From: Macrostomum lignano
Lineage: Eukaryota
Reading direction: 5' to 3'
NCBI GenBank assembly: GCA_002269645.1
Contig: NIVC01004288.1
Span: 1-51,615, forward strand
Length of the DNA stretch: 51,615 nt
Shown: piece after piece, positions 1 through 13,300 of the stretch
Layout: every line of letters begins with the position of its first letter
How positions within the stretch are numbered: position 1 is the stretch's first letter
The notes under the pieces: model-generated
Seen by the model: only the letters and a program-made list of their open reading frames with translations
Databases searched by the model: none
What the model was told of the DNA's origin: nothing
Program-made: the position numbers and the translations under genes

Positions 1-9
1 TGATTATTC

Positions 10-760
10 CAAATGGCAGTCCCTGCTAGATACAAATGGCAGTCCCTGCTAGATACAAATGGCAGTCCCTGTTAGTTACAAATGGCAGTCCCTGCTAGTT
101 ACAAATGGCAGTCCCTGCTAGTTCCAAATGGCAGTCCCTGCTAGATACAAATGGCAGTCCCTGCTAGATACAAATGGCAGTCCCTGCTAGATACAAATGG
201 CAGTCCCTGCTAGTTACAAATGGCAGTCCCTGTTAGTTACAAATGGCAGTCCCTGCTAGTTACAAATGGCAGTCCCTGCTAGTTCCAAATGGCAGTCCCT
301 GCTAGATACAAATGGCAGTCCCTGCTAGATACAAATGGCAGTCCCTGCTAGATACAAATGGCAGTCCCTGTTAGTTACAAATGGCAGTCCTGCTAGATAC
401 AAATGGCAGTCCTGCTAGATACAAATGGCAGTCCTGCTAGATACAAATGGCAGTCCCTGCTAGATACAAATGGCAGTCCTGCTAGATACAAATGGCAGTC
501 CCTGCTAGATACAAATGGCAGTCCCTGCTAGATACAAATGGCAGTCCCTGTTAGTTACAAATGGCAGTCCTGCTAGATACAAATGGCAGTCCTGCTAGAT
601 ACAAATGGCAGTCCTGCTAGATACAAATGGCAGTCCTGCTAGATACAAATGGCAGTCCTGCTAGATACAAATGGCAGTCCTGCTAGATACAAATGGCAGT
701 CCTGCTAGATACAAATGGCAGTCCTGCTAGATACAAATTGCAGTCCTGCTAGATACAAAT
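10..760. repeat. Minisatellite, 23/22-bp unit ATGGCAGTCCCTGCTAGATACAA, about 33 copies
   Basis: Direct; the 23-bp variant dominates 5' and the 22-bp variant 3'. Confidence 0.97.
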
Positions 761-1644
761 CCAACGTGAAAAAAACTGCATTGTCTGTGCTAAGCTTAAG
801 TTAAGCTGAGTTGCTGAGGGATAATAGTATATAATTTGAGTCGTTCTACTCAAAGCGCATGAGCTATTATTCGTAGTGCCCGCAAGCAGGGCTCAAAGCA
901 GCAGTTGGTTCACCTGATCGCGGCTTTGAGAGCGAACTCTTCGCTTATTAAGCTGGCTGATGCAGTGCCAGATGCATGTATGCAGCCCAAGCTAATCAAG
1001 GGAAGACACGCTGACATGTTCTCCTGATCTTAGGGATAAAGCCACAAGGGAAAATGCACAGGAGCTGCGGCTCAGGACAGTCAGAAAGGTCGCATCTGGG
1101 ATCGGATGGCCTTGCTCTTCCTTTCTGAACTCCCCACACCTGTCGCGAGGACAGGTAGAGCTCTCTTTGATTCTTCATTTGTGGAGATGCCTTTAGCATA
1201 GTAACTAGGGTCGGGGTTTGAGCCCCAGGCTCCCTTAACCCTTCATCTTTGCTCACTCAAACCAAGGCCCTGTGCAATCTGTATCATTCCGCCTATTTGC
1301 TCGGCGAGATTCTGAACTAGCTGATGAGGTCAGATTAAAATGATCGGGCAATTGGATAGAAGCAGAAATGGCCGAATACTCGAAGTTTTCGGATTGCCAA
1401 AAATCTATTTTGAGCTAAGCAGCGATTGGGGGTCGACTTAGCTTGGGGTCAGTGTTGTGTCGCCAAGACTTGAGGTTTCCAGTTGTAGTTGAAAGTAAAA
1501 GTGCCAGGTCCAAGGAGACAACCTGCATCACTTCTAGAGTAGAGACAGCCTCAATAAATTCTGGAGGGAATGACAGCCTCAATGCGAGCGTAAACTGATG
1601 TACAGAGCTTCCGATATGGACAGTTTAGCATAGTGCTCCGTGCG

Positions 1645-2405
1645 ATTCTCGTGCCTGACAACCTACAGGGCCGAGGAAGGACAACCTACATGGCCGAGGG
1701 AAGGACAACCTACATGGCCGAGGGAAGGAAAACCTACATGGCCGAGGGAAGGACAACCTACATGGCCGAGGGAAGGACAACCTACATGGCCGAGGGAAGG
1801 AAAACCTACATGGCCGAGGGAAGGACAACCTACATGGCCGAGGGATAGACAACGTACATGGCCGAGGGAAGGACAACCTACATGGCCGAGGGAAGGACAA
1901 CCTACATGGCCGAGGGAAGGACAACCTACATGGCCGAGGGAAGGACAACCTACATGGCCGAGGGAAGGACAACGTACATGGCCGAGGGATAGACAACGTA
2001 CATGGCCGAGGGAAGGACAACCTACATGGCCGAGGGAAGGACAACGTACATAGCCGAGGGATAGACAACGTACATGGCCGAGGGAAGGACAACCTACATG
2101 GCCGAGGGAAGGACAACCTACATGGCCGAGGGAAGGACAACCTACATGGCCGAAGGAAGGACAACCTACAAGGCCAGGGAAGGACAACCTACATGGCCAG
2201 GGGAAGGACAACGTACATGGCCGAGGGATAGACAACGTACATGGCCGAGGGAAGAACAACCTACATGGCCGAGGGAAAGACAACACCATGGCCGAGGGAA
2301 GGACAACCTAAATGACTGGAAGGACAGCCTACATGGCCGGAGGAAGGACAACCTACATGACCGGAAGAAGGAGAACGTATATGGCCGAGGGAAGGACAAC
2401 CTACA
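1645..2405. repeat. Minisatellite, 24-bp GGCCGAGGGAAGGACAACCTACAT, about 31 copies
   Basis: Direct. Confidence 0.97.
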
Positions 2406-2988
2406 CACGTTTCCCATGCGGTGGATCCACTGACTCCCTGCCCAGCAACATCAGCGCAAGCGAATCCCCGCGGCAAATAAAATAATCAGATCCCCGATAT
2501 TTTCAGTCGCCGGGCTGCTTGAGGGTTTACGAGGAGGGTGATGGATTATGAGTAGTGGAGACGGGCCCGATAAGAAAGACGCCAGCGGGTCGGTAGCCTT
2601 ATCAAGATGGGCGCAGACTGCTGGGCCGTTGCGGTTCTTGTCTCTAAAGAACAAGCCCAGCCCTGCAACCCGACAAGCCGACGTGAAGCGCCCTAAAAAA
2701 CCCTCCCTTGGCAAGAGGGGTGACTTGCCGCATCAATTGCCCCAGACTCTGATTCACGGGGTGCGGCGGGCGCCGGTCTTTAGTCTAGCAGCTCCCCGTA
2801 ACTGATACCAGGTTTACGTTTCTGATTTTTAATAGGGGGGGGGGGGTTTGGCTCCGGGATACAGTTGAAGCCCTTCAGGGTTCACAAGCATGCATTGGGC
2901 GCGCGTACTTTGTTTGACGCACAAAGAGGGGCACCAATTAAGGGGCTGTCTGCTTCAGCGGGAAGAATTATTCTAGTAGCTATATCTG

Positions 2989-3002
2989 GTTGCCATAGCG
3001 AC
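2989..3002. promoter_or_regulatory. RFX X-box-like motif
   Basis: GTTGCCATAGCGAC fits GTTNCC-AT-RRNRAC. Confidence 0.35.
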
Positions 3003-3119
3003 ACACTGTGATTAGTAATCCGCACTGCCTCTTCCAAATCAGGCCTGGTGAATCTGCCTTCTGTTTCCTGCATTCGCTTTCTTTCCTAGAAAAGAATTTC
3101 CAATTGCCCATTTTAACTC

Positions 3120-4050
3120 CTGAGTTCCCCATTCCCAATTGCAGTTCCCCATTCCCCATTGCAGCTCCCCATTCCCATTGCAGCTCCCCATTCCCCATTG
3201 CAGTTCCCCATTCCCCATTGCAGTTCCCCATTCCCCATTGCAGTTCCCCATTCCCCATTGCAGTTCCCCATTCCCCATTGCAGCTCCCCATTCCCCATTG
3301 CAGCTCCCCATTCCCCATTGCAGTTCCCCATTCCCCATTGCAGTTCCCCATTCCCCATTGCAGCTCCCCATTCCCCATTGCAGCTCCCCATTCCCCATTG
3401 CAGTTCCCCATTCCCCATTGCAGTTCCCCATTCCCCATTGCAGTTCCCCATTCCCCATTGCAGTTCCCCATTCCCATTGCAGTTCCCCATTCCCCATTGC
3501 AGCTCCCCATTCCCCATTGCAGTTCCCCATTCCCCATTGCAGTTCCCCATTCCCCATTGCAGTTCCCCATTCCCCATTGCAGTTCCCCATTCCCCATTGC
3601 AGTTCCCCACTCCTCATTGCAGTTCCCCATTCCCCATTGCAGTTCCCCATTCCCCATTGCAGTTCCCCATTCCCCATTGCAGTTCCCCATTCCCCATCGC
3701 AGTTCCCCATTCCTCATTGCAGTTCCCCATTCCCCATTGCAGTTCCCCATTCCCCATTGCAGTTCCCCATTCCCCATTGCAGTTCCCCATTCCCCATTGC
3801 AGTTCCCCATTCCCCATCGCAGTTCCCCATTCCCCATTGCAGTTCCCCATTCCCCATTGCAGTTCCCCATTCCCCATTGCAGTTCCCCATTCCCCATTGC
3901 AGTTCCCCATTCCCCATCGCAGTTCCCCATTCCCCATTGCAGTTCCCCATTCCCCATTGCAGTTCCCCATTCCCATCGCAGTTCCCCATTCCCCATTGCA
4001 GTTCCCCATTCCCAATTGCAGCTCCCCATTCCCAAATTGCAGTTCTCCAG
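3120..4050. repeat. Minisatellite, 20-bp TTCCCCATTCCCCATTGCAG, about 45 copies
   Basis: Direct. Confidence 0.97.
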
Positions 4051-4494
4051 AGCCCATTCCTATTCCCAATCTTCCCGATTCTAAATTTCCCAAAAACAGA
4101 AATTGACGCACAAATGCTGCCAAGGACTGCTAGACAGCATCAATACTATATACTACTATCTAGAAGTCCTTGGCTGCTGCTGTTTTCCAAATTCCAGACA
4201 GTTTTATGAGGCTTCAGTCTGTCAGTCTGTCTGCCTGTTTTTCCCTTTTTGTTAGCCGCCTTTTTTATCAGTGAAATCTGCCGCTTTCAGTGGACGCCCG
4301 CCCAGACAGTTGGGCTGGTGGGCTGCCCGTCTCCTTGCCTGTGAGCTTTATTTTAGTGTGGGCGATCTCCAAGTCGCCAAGGAGCTCTGGAAGCAGCTAT
4401 CTGGAGTGAGGACTGGACTGACCCGGGGTCCCCTGACTCGCTTCATAAGACCTGGGGCGACCAAAGGTTTAGAATTTCAAATTGACAAACAGCT

Positions 4495-5290
4495 GATAGA
4501 AGGCTGACAGAGAGAGCTGACAGACAGCTAGTTGGCAGACAGAGCTGACAGACAGACCTGTCACCTGACAGACAGAGCTGACAGACGGTTGACAGATAGC
4601 TGACAGACAGAGCTGACAGACAGAGCTGACAGACGGTTGACAGACAGCTGACAGACAGAGCTGACAGACAGAGCTGACAGACAGAGCTGACAGACAGAGC
4701 TGACAGACAGAGCTGACAGACAGAGCTGACAGACAGAGCTGACAGACGGTTGACAGACAGCTGACAGACAGAGCTGACAGACAGAGCTGACAGACGGTTG
4801 ACAGACAGAGCTGACAGACAGAGCTGACAGACGGTTGACAGACAGCTGACAGACAGAGCTGACAGACGGTTGACAGACAGCTGACAGACAGAGCTGACAG
4901 ACAGCTGACAGACAGCGCTGACAGACAGAGCTGACAGACGGTTGACAGACAGCTGACAGACAGAGCTGACAGACGGTTGACAGACAGCTGACAGACAGAG
5001 CTGACAGACGGTTGACAGACAGCTGACAGACAGAGCTGACAGACAGCTGACAGACAGCGCTGACAGACAGAGCTGACAGACAGAGCTGACAGACAGCTGA
5101 CAGACAGCGCTGACAGACAGAGCTGACAGACAGAGCTGACAGACAGAGCTGACAGACAGAGCTGACAGACGGCTGACAGACAGAGCTGACAGAAAGAGCT
5201 GACAGACGGCTGACAGACAGAGCTGACAGAAAGAGCTGACAGACGGCTGACAGATAGAGCTGACAGACAGAGCTGACAAACGTCTGACAG
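4495..5290. repeat. Minisatellite, about 13-bp GCTGACAGACAGA with variants
   Basis: Direct. Confidence 0.96.
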
Positions 5291-6440
5291 AGTCCTCGCG
5301 GAGCTCGGGTACATGGACTAGTTTATAGACTGGAAACCCTATCTGCAGCTCCTAAGTTCCATAATTGGGGTCCATGGCCTGGGCTAACCCGATCCCTATC
5401 ACGCTCCGTGGGCAACTGATACGATCGGGAACGCACGCTGCCGCGGTGTCTGGTTGCCTGGCGGGAGGCTCGGCTTTACGCTGGCGCCGTTGCTTCTATT
5501 GTGTCGCTTTGCGTACGCAGCGCCTCCACTATGAGCGGTTATGGTGCTTTTTGCCCCACATTTTGCTGTGTGTGACTCACGGTGCAACCGTTTTAGAGGA
5601 GTTAGTTAGTACCACGAATAATAATAATCCGAGTGTTCATGTCAAAGTGCTACACAAGGACAACTTAAGTAGAAGGACGCTACACTCGAAGTCAATTTGT
5701 TAAATTGGTCTGTCACTTGAAAAAACGTTTAAAATAATGACAAGACCAATTTAACATAAAAAATCGATTAATGCGTCGTTAGAGCAGCATGTGAGGCACA
5801 AAATAGTGTGATTAGAACTTTCTCTGACACTGCTAAGAGACCCAATCACTGTTTATAGTGTTGAAAATCGTGTAGTTTCCTATCTCCGCAGTGTATTTTT
5901 CCGGTTAAACCTGCCTTTAAAACTATTTCTGAACGAAAAGCTTTATGAATATCGATAGAGCAATAAAGAAGGCACAACATATCAAAAGATGAACACTGAA
6001 TCTGCCTCCTATCGAAAGCAATAACAATTTTTGTGCTGAAAAAATTAAAACCTCCTATCTCTGTAGTGTATTTTTCGGCGAAAAGTTGCCTTCAAAACAT
6101 TTACCATGGATTTCGAGTGTAGCGTTCTATATATATGTTACTGGAGTAGTCCTTGGTGCTACATCATTGGAGAATTGGCTAATAACTGATATAGGCTCCC
6201 GTTGAAAACGATACCGTGACATGCACATGAATCGCTAAAGAGTCATTGCAAACAGCTCACTAGTGACTTTAGTGACTCTGGGCGACTGCTGCGACAAAGA
6301 GGCGACTGTTGCGTCACAAGCGCATCACTTGAGTCGCAGAATCGTAAAAGAGTCGCGTATGAGTCGTCCAATAATCGTTTTGTTCTACTAACTCATTAGG
6401 CTAGTTAGAGTATTTAAATAACAACTCGGTGACCCTAGAG

Positions 6441-6555
6441 CAGGGTAGGCTTGAAACTCCGGCCCGTGGGCCACATGCGGCCCTCAAAACCTCTCTATGC
6501 GGCCCATCGGGTCCTTTGAAACTTCACAATGTCAATCCAGCCCGCTCAAGATTTG
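6441..6555 (+). mobile_element. hAT-Charlie-like terminal fragment
   Basis: AAACTCCGGCCCGTGGGCCACATGCGGCCC...CGGCCC resembles the GGCCC-rich 5' ends of Charlie/MER58-type elements. No matching right TIR or TSD found. Confidence 0.5.
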
Positions 6556-6564
6556 TCTCTTCTC

Positions 6565-7400
6565 AGCTCTCTTCGATCTCTAATCTCCTTTCTCCTCTCT
6601 CTTTTTCTTCTTTTCTCTCCTCTCCTTTCCTCTCCTCTCTTCTTGTCTCCCTTCTCTCCTCTTCTCTTCTCTCCTTGATCCCTTCCTCTCCTCTCTTCTT
6701 GTCTCCCTTCTCTCCTCTTCTCTTCTCTCCTTGATCCCTTCCTCTCCTCTCTTCTTGTCTCCCTTCTCTCCTCTTCTCTTCTCTCCTTGATCCCTTCCTC
6801 TCCTCTCTTCTTGTCTCCCTTCTCTCCTCTTCTCTTCTCTCCTTGATCCCTTCCTCTCCTCTCTTCTTGTCTCCCTTCTCTCCTCTTCTCTTCTCTCCTT
6901 GATCCCTTCCTCTCCTCTCTTCTTGTCTCCCTTCTCTCCTCTTCTCTTCTCTCCTTGATCCCATCCTCTCCTCTCTTCTTGTCTCCCTTCTCTCCTCTTC
7001 TCTTCTCTCCTTGATCCCTTCCTCTCCTCTCTTCTTGTCTCCCTTCTCTCCTCTTCTCTTCTCTCCTTGATCCCTTCCTCTCCTCTCTTCTTGTCTCCCT
7101 TCTCTCCTCTTCTCTTCTCTCCTTGATCCCTTCCTCTCCTCTCTTCTTGTCTCCCTTCTCTCCTCTTCTCTTCTCTCCTTGATCCCTTCCTCTCCTTTCT
7201 TCTTGTCTCCCTTCTCTCCTCTTCTCTTCTCTCCTTGATCCCTTCCTCTCCTCTCTTCTTGTCTCCCTTCTCTCATCTTCTCTTCTCTCCCCTCCCTTCT
7301 CTTATTTCATCCATCCTCTCCTCTCGTCCGTCTCCTCTCCTTTATTCCCTCACCTCTACTTTGTCCTATCTCTCTTCTCTTATCTATTCCCTATTCTCTC
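6565..7400. repeat. Polypyrimidine minisatellite, 56-bp unit, about 12 copies
   Basis: TTGATCCC recurs every 56 bp from 6675 to 7235. Confidence 0.95.
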
Positions 7401-7802
7401 CCCCATCCACTGGCCCGCAGTCTGAGCTAGGTTTTTTAGAGTCATTTTAGAGTCGCAGACAATAAATACGCTTCAAAGTGACTCTTGGGCGAGTTTTTTT
7501 GGCGACTTTTACCGTGACATATCTTAGTTTTTGATTCATTTAAAGTCACATCTTTTTTATTTTAACTGTGTCATCTGCGAATCCAAGAACTGACAACTCT
7601 GAAACGACTCTGGGGCGACACAGACTCAGCACTTGAGCAGCACGGGGAAGGCATCACTGCTGGGAGAAATCAAGCCGTTGTTCAAAACATTTTTCAAGGC
7701 AGCGAGTGAGCAAGGGATACGAGAGCTGTTGGCAGCTCGGAGCGGGCAGTCAGGGAGTAAAATGAATGCGCTTGCGCTCGGAATGGAACCAGGGGTCGCG
7801 GC

Positions 7803-8752
7803 GCGAGACTCAAACTGCAACTACGAGAGTCAGACTGCAACTACGAGAGTCAAACTGCAACTATGAGAGTCAGACTGCAACTACGAGAGTCAAACTGCAA
7901 CTACGAGAGTCAAACTACAACTACGAGAGTCAGACTGCAACTACGAGAGTCAGACTGAAACTACGAGACTCAAACTGCAACTACGAGAGTCAGACTGCAA
8001 CTACGAGACTCAAACTGCAACTACGAGAGTCAAACTGCAACTACGAGAGTCAGACTGTAACTACGAGAGTCAGACTGCAACTTCGAGAGTCAGACTGCAA
8101 CTACGAGAGTCAGACTGCAACTACGAGACTCAAACTGCAACTACGAGAGTCAGACTGCAACTACGAGAGTCAAACTGCAACTACGAGAGTCAGACTGTAA
8201 CTACGAGAGTCAAACTGCAACTACGAGAGTCAGACTGCAACTACGAGACTCAAACTGCAACTACGAGAGTCAGACTGCAACTACGAGACTCAAACTGCAA
8301 CTACGAGAGTCAAACTGCAACTACGAGAGTCAGACTGTAACTACGAGAGTCAGACTGCAACTTCGAGAGTCAGACTGCAACTACGAGAGTCAGACTGAAA
8401 CTACGAGAGTCAGACTGCAACTACGAGACTCAAACTGCAACTACGAGAGTCAGACTGCAACTACGAGACTCAAACTGCAACTACGAGAGTCAAACTGCAA
8501 CTACGAGAGTCAGACTGCTACTACGAGAGTCAGACTGCAACTACGAGAGTCAAACTGCAACTACGAGAGTCAAACTGCAACTACGAGAGTCAGACTGCAA
8601 CTACGAGAGTCAGACTGCAACTTCGAGAGTCAGACTGCAACTACGAGAGTCAGACTGTAACTTCGAGAGTCAGACTGCAACTACGAGAGTCAGACTGTAA
8701 CTACGAGAGTCAGACTGCAACTTCGAGAGTCAGACTGCAACTACGAGAGTCA
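7803..8752. repeat. Minisatellite, 20-bp GAGAGTCAGACTGCAACTAC, about 47 copies
   Basis: Direct. Confidence 0.97.
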
Positions 8753-9154
8753 GCTGCTCTGCCCCCCCATCCCGAGTCCCGAAAAGGTAAAAAACTTTAT
8801 TTTAAAGGCCGAATCATAGCTCGCCAAGTTTTAATTATTCCATTATCTTTCGCGGAATTATTTGTACGTTTTTAAATCAGAGTAATAATTGGTTAGTTAG
8901 TTAGTAAGACTGAGTTAATTTAGCAATATCTAGTACTTACGAGTATGATTTCGAGTTTAAATATCAGTTTAAATATATGCCAGTCACAGCATAATATAAC
9001 AAAATAACAATTTTAAAGACAACACTATAAGTTCAGAGGGGTTTGCCAATTGATTAAAACGATTTAATTAACTGCTTCGATGCAAATCAATAAGTAAGCT
9101 GCGTGCCTATAAATTACCAATGCGTTCAATGCGGGCGCTGGCTTGCAATAGACT

Positions 9155-10146
9155 GAAGGAGAGGGGGCAGACTGACTGAGGGAGAGGGGGCAGACTGATT
9201 GAGGGAGAGGGGGCAGACTGACTGAGGGAGAGGGGGCAGACTGATTGAGGGAGAGGGGGCAGACTGACTGAGGGAGAGGGGGCAGACTGACTGAGGGAGA
9301 GGGGGCAGACTGATTGAGGGAGAGGGGCAGACTGACTGAGGGAGAGGGGGCAGACTGATTGAGGGAGAGGGGGCAGACTGACTGAGGGAGAGGGGGCAGA
9401 CTGACTGAGGGAGAGGGGGCAGACTGACTGAGGGAGAGGGGGCAGACTGATTGAGGGAGAGGGGGCAGACTGACTGAGGGAGAGGGGGCAGACTGACTGA
9501 GGGAGAGGGGGCAGACTGATTGAGGGAGAGGGGGCAGACTGACTGAGGGAGAGGGGGCAGACTGATTGAGGGAGAGGGGCAGACTGACTGAGGGAGAGGG
9601 GGCAGACTGACTGAGGGAGAGGGGGCAGACTGACTGAGGGAGAGGGGGCAGACTGATTGAGGGAGAGGGGGCAGACTGACTGAGGGAGAGGGGGCAGACT
9701 GACTGAGGGAGAGGGGGCAGACTGATTGAGGGAGAGGGGGCAGACTGACTGAGGGAGAGGGGGCAGACTGATTGAGGGAGAGGGGGCAGACTGACTGAGG
9801 GAGAGGGGGCAGACTGACTGAGGGAGAGGGGCAGACTGATTGAGGGAGAGGGGGCAGACTGATTGAGGGAGAGGGGGCAGACTGACTGAGGGAGAGGGGG
9901 CAGACTGACTGAGGGAGAGGGGGCAGACTGATTGAGGGAGAGGGGGCAGACTGACTGAGGGAGAGGGGGCAGACTGATTGAGGGAGAGGGGGCAGACTGA
10001 TTGAGGGAGAGGGGGCAGACTGACTGAGGGAGAGGGGGCAGACTGACTGAGGGAGAGGGGGCAGACTGATTGAGGGAGAGGGGGCAGACTGATTGAGGGA
10101 GAGGGGGCAGACTGACTGAGGGAGAGGGGGCAGACTGACTGAGGGA
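9155..10146. repeat. G-rich minisatellite, 23-bp GAGGGAGAGGGGGCAGACTGACT, about 43 copies
   Basis: Direct. Confidence 0.97.
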
Positions 10147-10349
10147 GAAAAAGTCTAACATGAAGATCCTAAATCTGCCAAAAATCGGCAGAATTTCTAT
10201 CTATAATAATAAGCGCAGTATCGGTATAAACTTTCCGTTTAATTAATATTTTGTTAAAACGAATCGGAGAAGCAAAGCAAGACAGGTATCCGGCGGTCGT
10301 GCGGAGGCTCAAAAAAAGTTGATGCAATAAAATATTTGCAAAATTTCTT

Positions 10350-13300
10350 CTACAAGCCGCTAGCCTTCTGCCTGATAAAGGACTTGAAATCGTCAAGATT
10401 GTGCGCAATCCAGTTAATGTTTGCCTTCACCGACTCGAGGCTCTGGAAGGCGCTGCGCCAACCAGACTGCAGGTCTCTGTTCGCGAAGAAGCTGGACAGC
10501 TGGCGGAGTTTGAGAAGGGGTGGGGATTTGCTTGCACCACTTTGGTGACGATTCAATTGTGCCACATTTCTCTGATAAAGTGACTTCTCACTCACTTAAA
10601 AGCCTGACACAAATCTAGCGAAAACATAACATAAGTCTGACACAAAGTTGACACCTGACACAAACCTGACACCTGACACAAAATTGACACCTGACACAAA
10701 CCCCACTGCACACCTGACACAAACCTGACACCTGACACAAAATTGACACCTGACACAAACCTGAAACCTGACATTTGAAACAAACCCGAAACCTGACACA
10801 AAATCCGACATCTGAAACAAAATCCGACATCTGACACAAAATCCGACATCTGACACAAAATCTGACATCTGACACAAAATCCGACATCTGACACAAAATC
10901 CGACATCTGACACAAAATCCGACATCTGACACAAAATCCGACATCCGACACAAAAATCTGACATCTGACACAAAAATCTGACATCTGACACAAAATCCGA
11001 CATCTGACACAAAATCCGACATCTGACACAAAATCCGACATCTGACACAAAATCCGACATCTGACACAAAATCCGACATCTGACACAAAATCCGACATCT
11101 GACACAAAATCCGACATCTGACACAAAATCCGACATCTGACACGAAATCCGACACCTGACACAAAGCCCGACACCAGATGCAGACCTGACACATGACCCC
11201 CAGGTAAACTCACCCGCTGATAATCGTATTCGGTGTGGAATTCAGCCGGGAATTTGGTGACCTCAGTGAGAGTAAACGCCATGTCATATCGCTCCATCAT
11301 GATGTCCCAGTTGCGCTCGAAGTAGCTCCACACCAGCTCCCTGAGGCCGCTCCGCCTGCAAAGCTTGGCCGCAATGCTGAACGCTTCTTGCGAATTCAAG
11401 TTGAGCAGACTTTGAATTAGCCTAAAATTAGGGGATATTGGGGGCGCTGACGTCTCACACTTCTGCTGACTGACTGACGTCTCACACCACTGCTGACTAA
11501 AATCTCATACCACTCCTAACTGACTGACATCTCACACCACTGCTGACTGACTGACATCTCATACCGCTGCTGAGTGACTGACATCTCATACCACTGCTGA
11601 CTGACTGACATCTCATACCACCGCTGACTGACTGACATCTCACACCACTGCTGACTGAAATCTCACACCACTGCTGACTGACTGACATCTCACACCACTG
11701 TTGACTGAAATCTCATACCACTGCTGATTGACGTCTCATACCACTGCTGACTGACTGACATCTCATACCACCGCTGACTGACTGACATCTCACACCACTG
11801 CTGACTGACTGACATCTCACACCACTGCTGACTGAAATCTCACACCACTGCTGACTGACTGACATCTCACACCACTGCTGATTGACATCTCACACCACTG
11901 CTGACTGACTGACGTCTCACACCACTTCTGACTGACGTCTCATACCACTGCTGACTGACTGACATCTCATACCACCGCTGACTGACTGACATCTCATACC
12001 ACCGCTGACTGACTGACATCTCACACCACTGCTGACTGACATCTCATACCACTGCTGACTGACTGACATCTCATACCACCGCTGACTGATTGACATCTCA
12101 CACCACTGCTGACTGACTGACGTATCACACCACTTCTGACTGACGTCTCATACCACTGCTGATTGACATCTCACACCACTGCTGACTGACTGACGTATCA
12201 CACCACTGCTGACTGACTGACGTATCACACCACTGCTGACTGACTGACGTATCACATTACTTCTGACTGACGTCTCATACCACTGCTGACTGACTGACGT
12301 CTCACCCATATATAGATGAGTCATCGCATCTCTCTCCCACCCCAGTGGTCTGAGTCATCGCATCTCTCTCCCACCCCAGTGGTCTGAGTCATCGCATCTC
12401 TCTCCCACCCCAGTGGTCTGAGTCATCGCATCTCTCTCCCACCCCAGTGGTCTGAGTCATCGCATCTCTCTCCCACCCCAGTGGTATGAGTCATCGCATC
12501 TCTCTCCCACCCCATTGGTCTGAGTCATCGCATCTCTCTCCCACCCCATTGGTCTGAGTCATCGCATCTCTCTCCCACCCCATTGGTCTGAGTCATCGCA
12601 TCTCTCTCCCACCCCATTGGTCTGAGTCATCGCATCTCTCTCCCACCCCAGTGGTCTGAGTCATCGCATCTCTCTCCCACCCCATTGGTCTGAGTCATCG
12701 CATCTCTCTCCCACCCCATTGGTCTGAGTCATCGCATCTCTCTCCCACCCCATTGGTCTGAGTCATCGCATCTCTCTCCCACCCCATTGGTCTGAGTCAT
12801 CGCATCTCTCTCCCACCCCATTGGTCTGAGTCATCGCATCTCTCTCCCACCCCAGTGGTCTGAGTCATCGCATGTTTCAATTCACTGGGAAAAGGCGCAC
12901 CGGTAGTTAGTGTCCACATCGGAGGACATGGCCAAGGCTGAGCACACGTGCTTGGCCTCAGAATAGGATTCAATCTCGTTCAGCCGGTTCTTGAAGAACT
13001 GCCAGTCGCTGGTGTTGCCTTTGTAGACGCCAATCTCATAGATGAGTTCGATTTCGTCTGGTGGCAGGCTGTGGGTGAGGATCCAGGTGGGTGAGGATAT
13101 ATATGGGTGAGGATCCAGGTGGGTGAGGATACAGGTGGGTGAGGATCCAGGTGGGTGAAGATATATATGGGTGAGGATCCAGGTGGGTGAGGATACAGGT
13201 GGGTGAGGATACAGGTGGGTGAGGATACAGGTGGGTGAGGATACAGGTGGGTGAGGATACAGGTGGGTGAGGATCCAGGTGGGTGAGGATATATATGGGT

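Noticed and set aside
890-1030. LRR-like peptide QLVHLIAALRANSSLIKL on the plus strand
   Set aside because: Short, with no clear splice boundaries or second repeat.
1321-1353. Hammerhead-like CTGATGA followed by a stem (GGTCA/TGATC)
   Set aside because: The required GAAA after stem II is GGGCAA; no stem I/III found.
7626-7800. Protein-like short ORFs on both strands
   Set aside because: Plausible in three different frames; cannot choose without homology or expression data.
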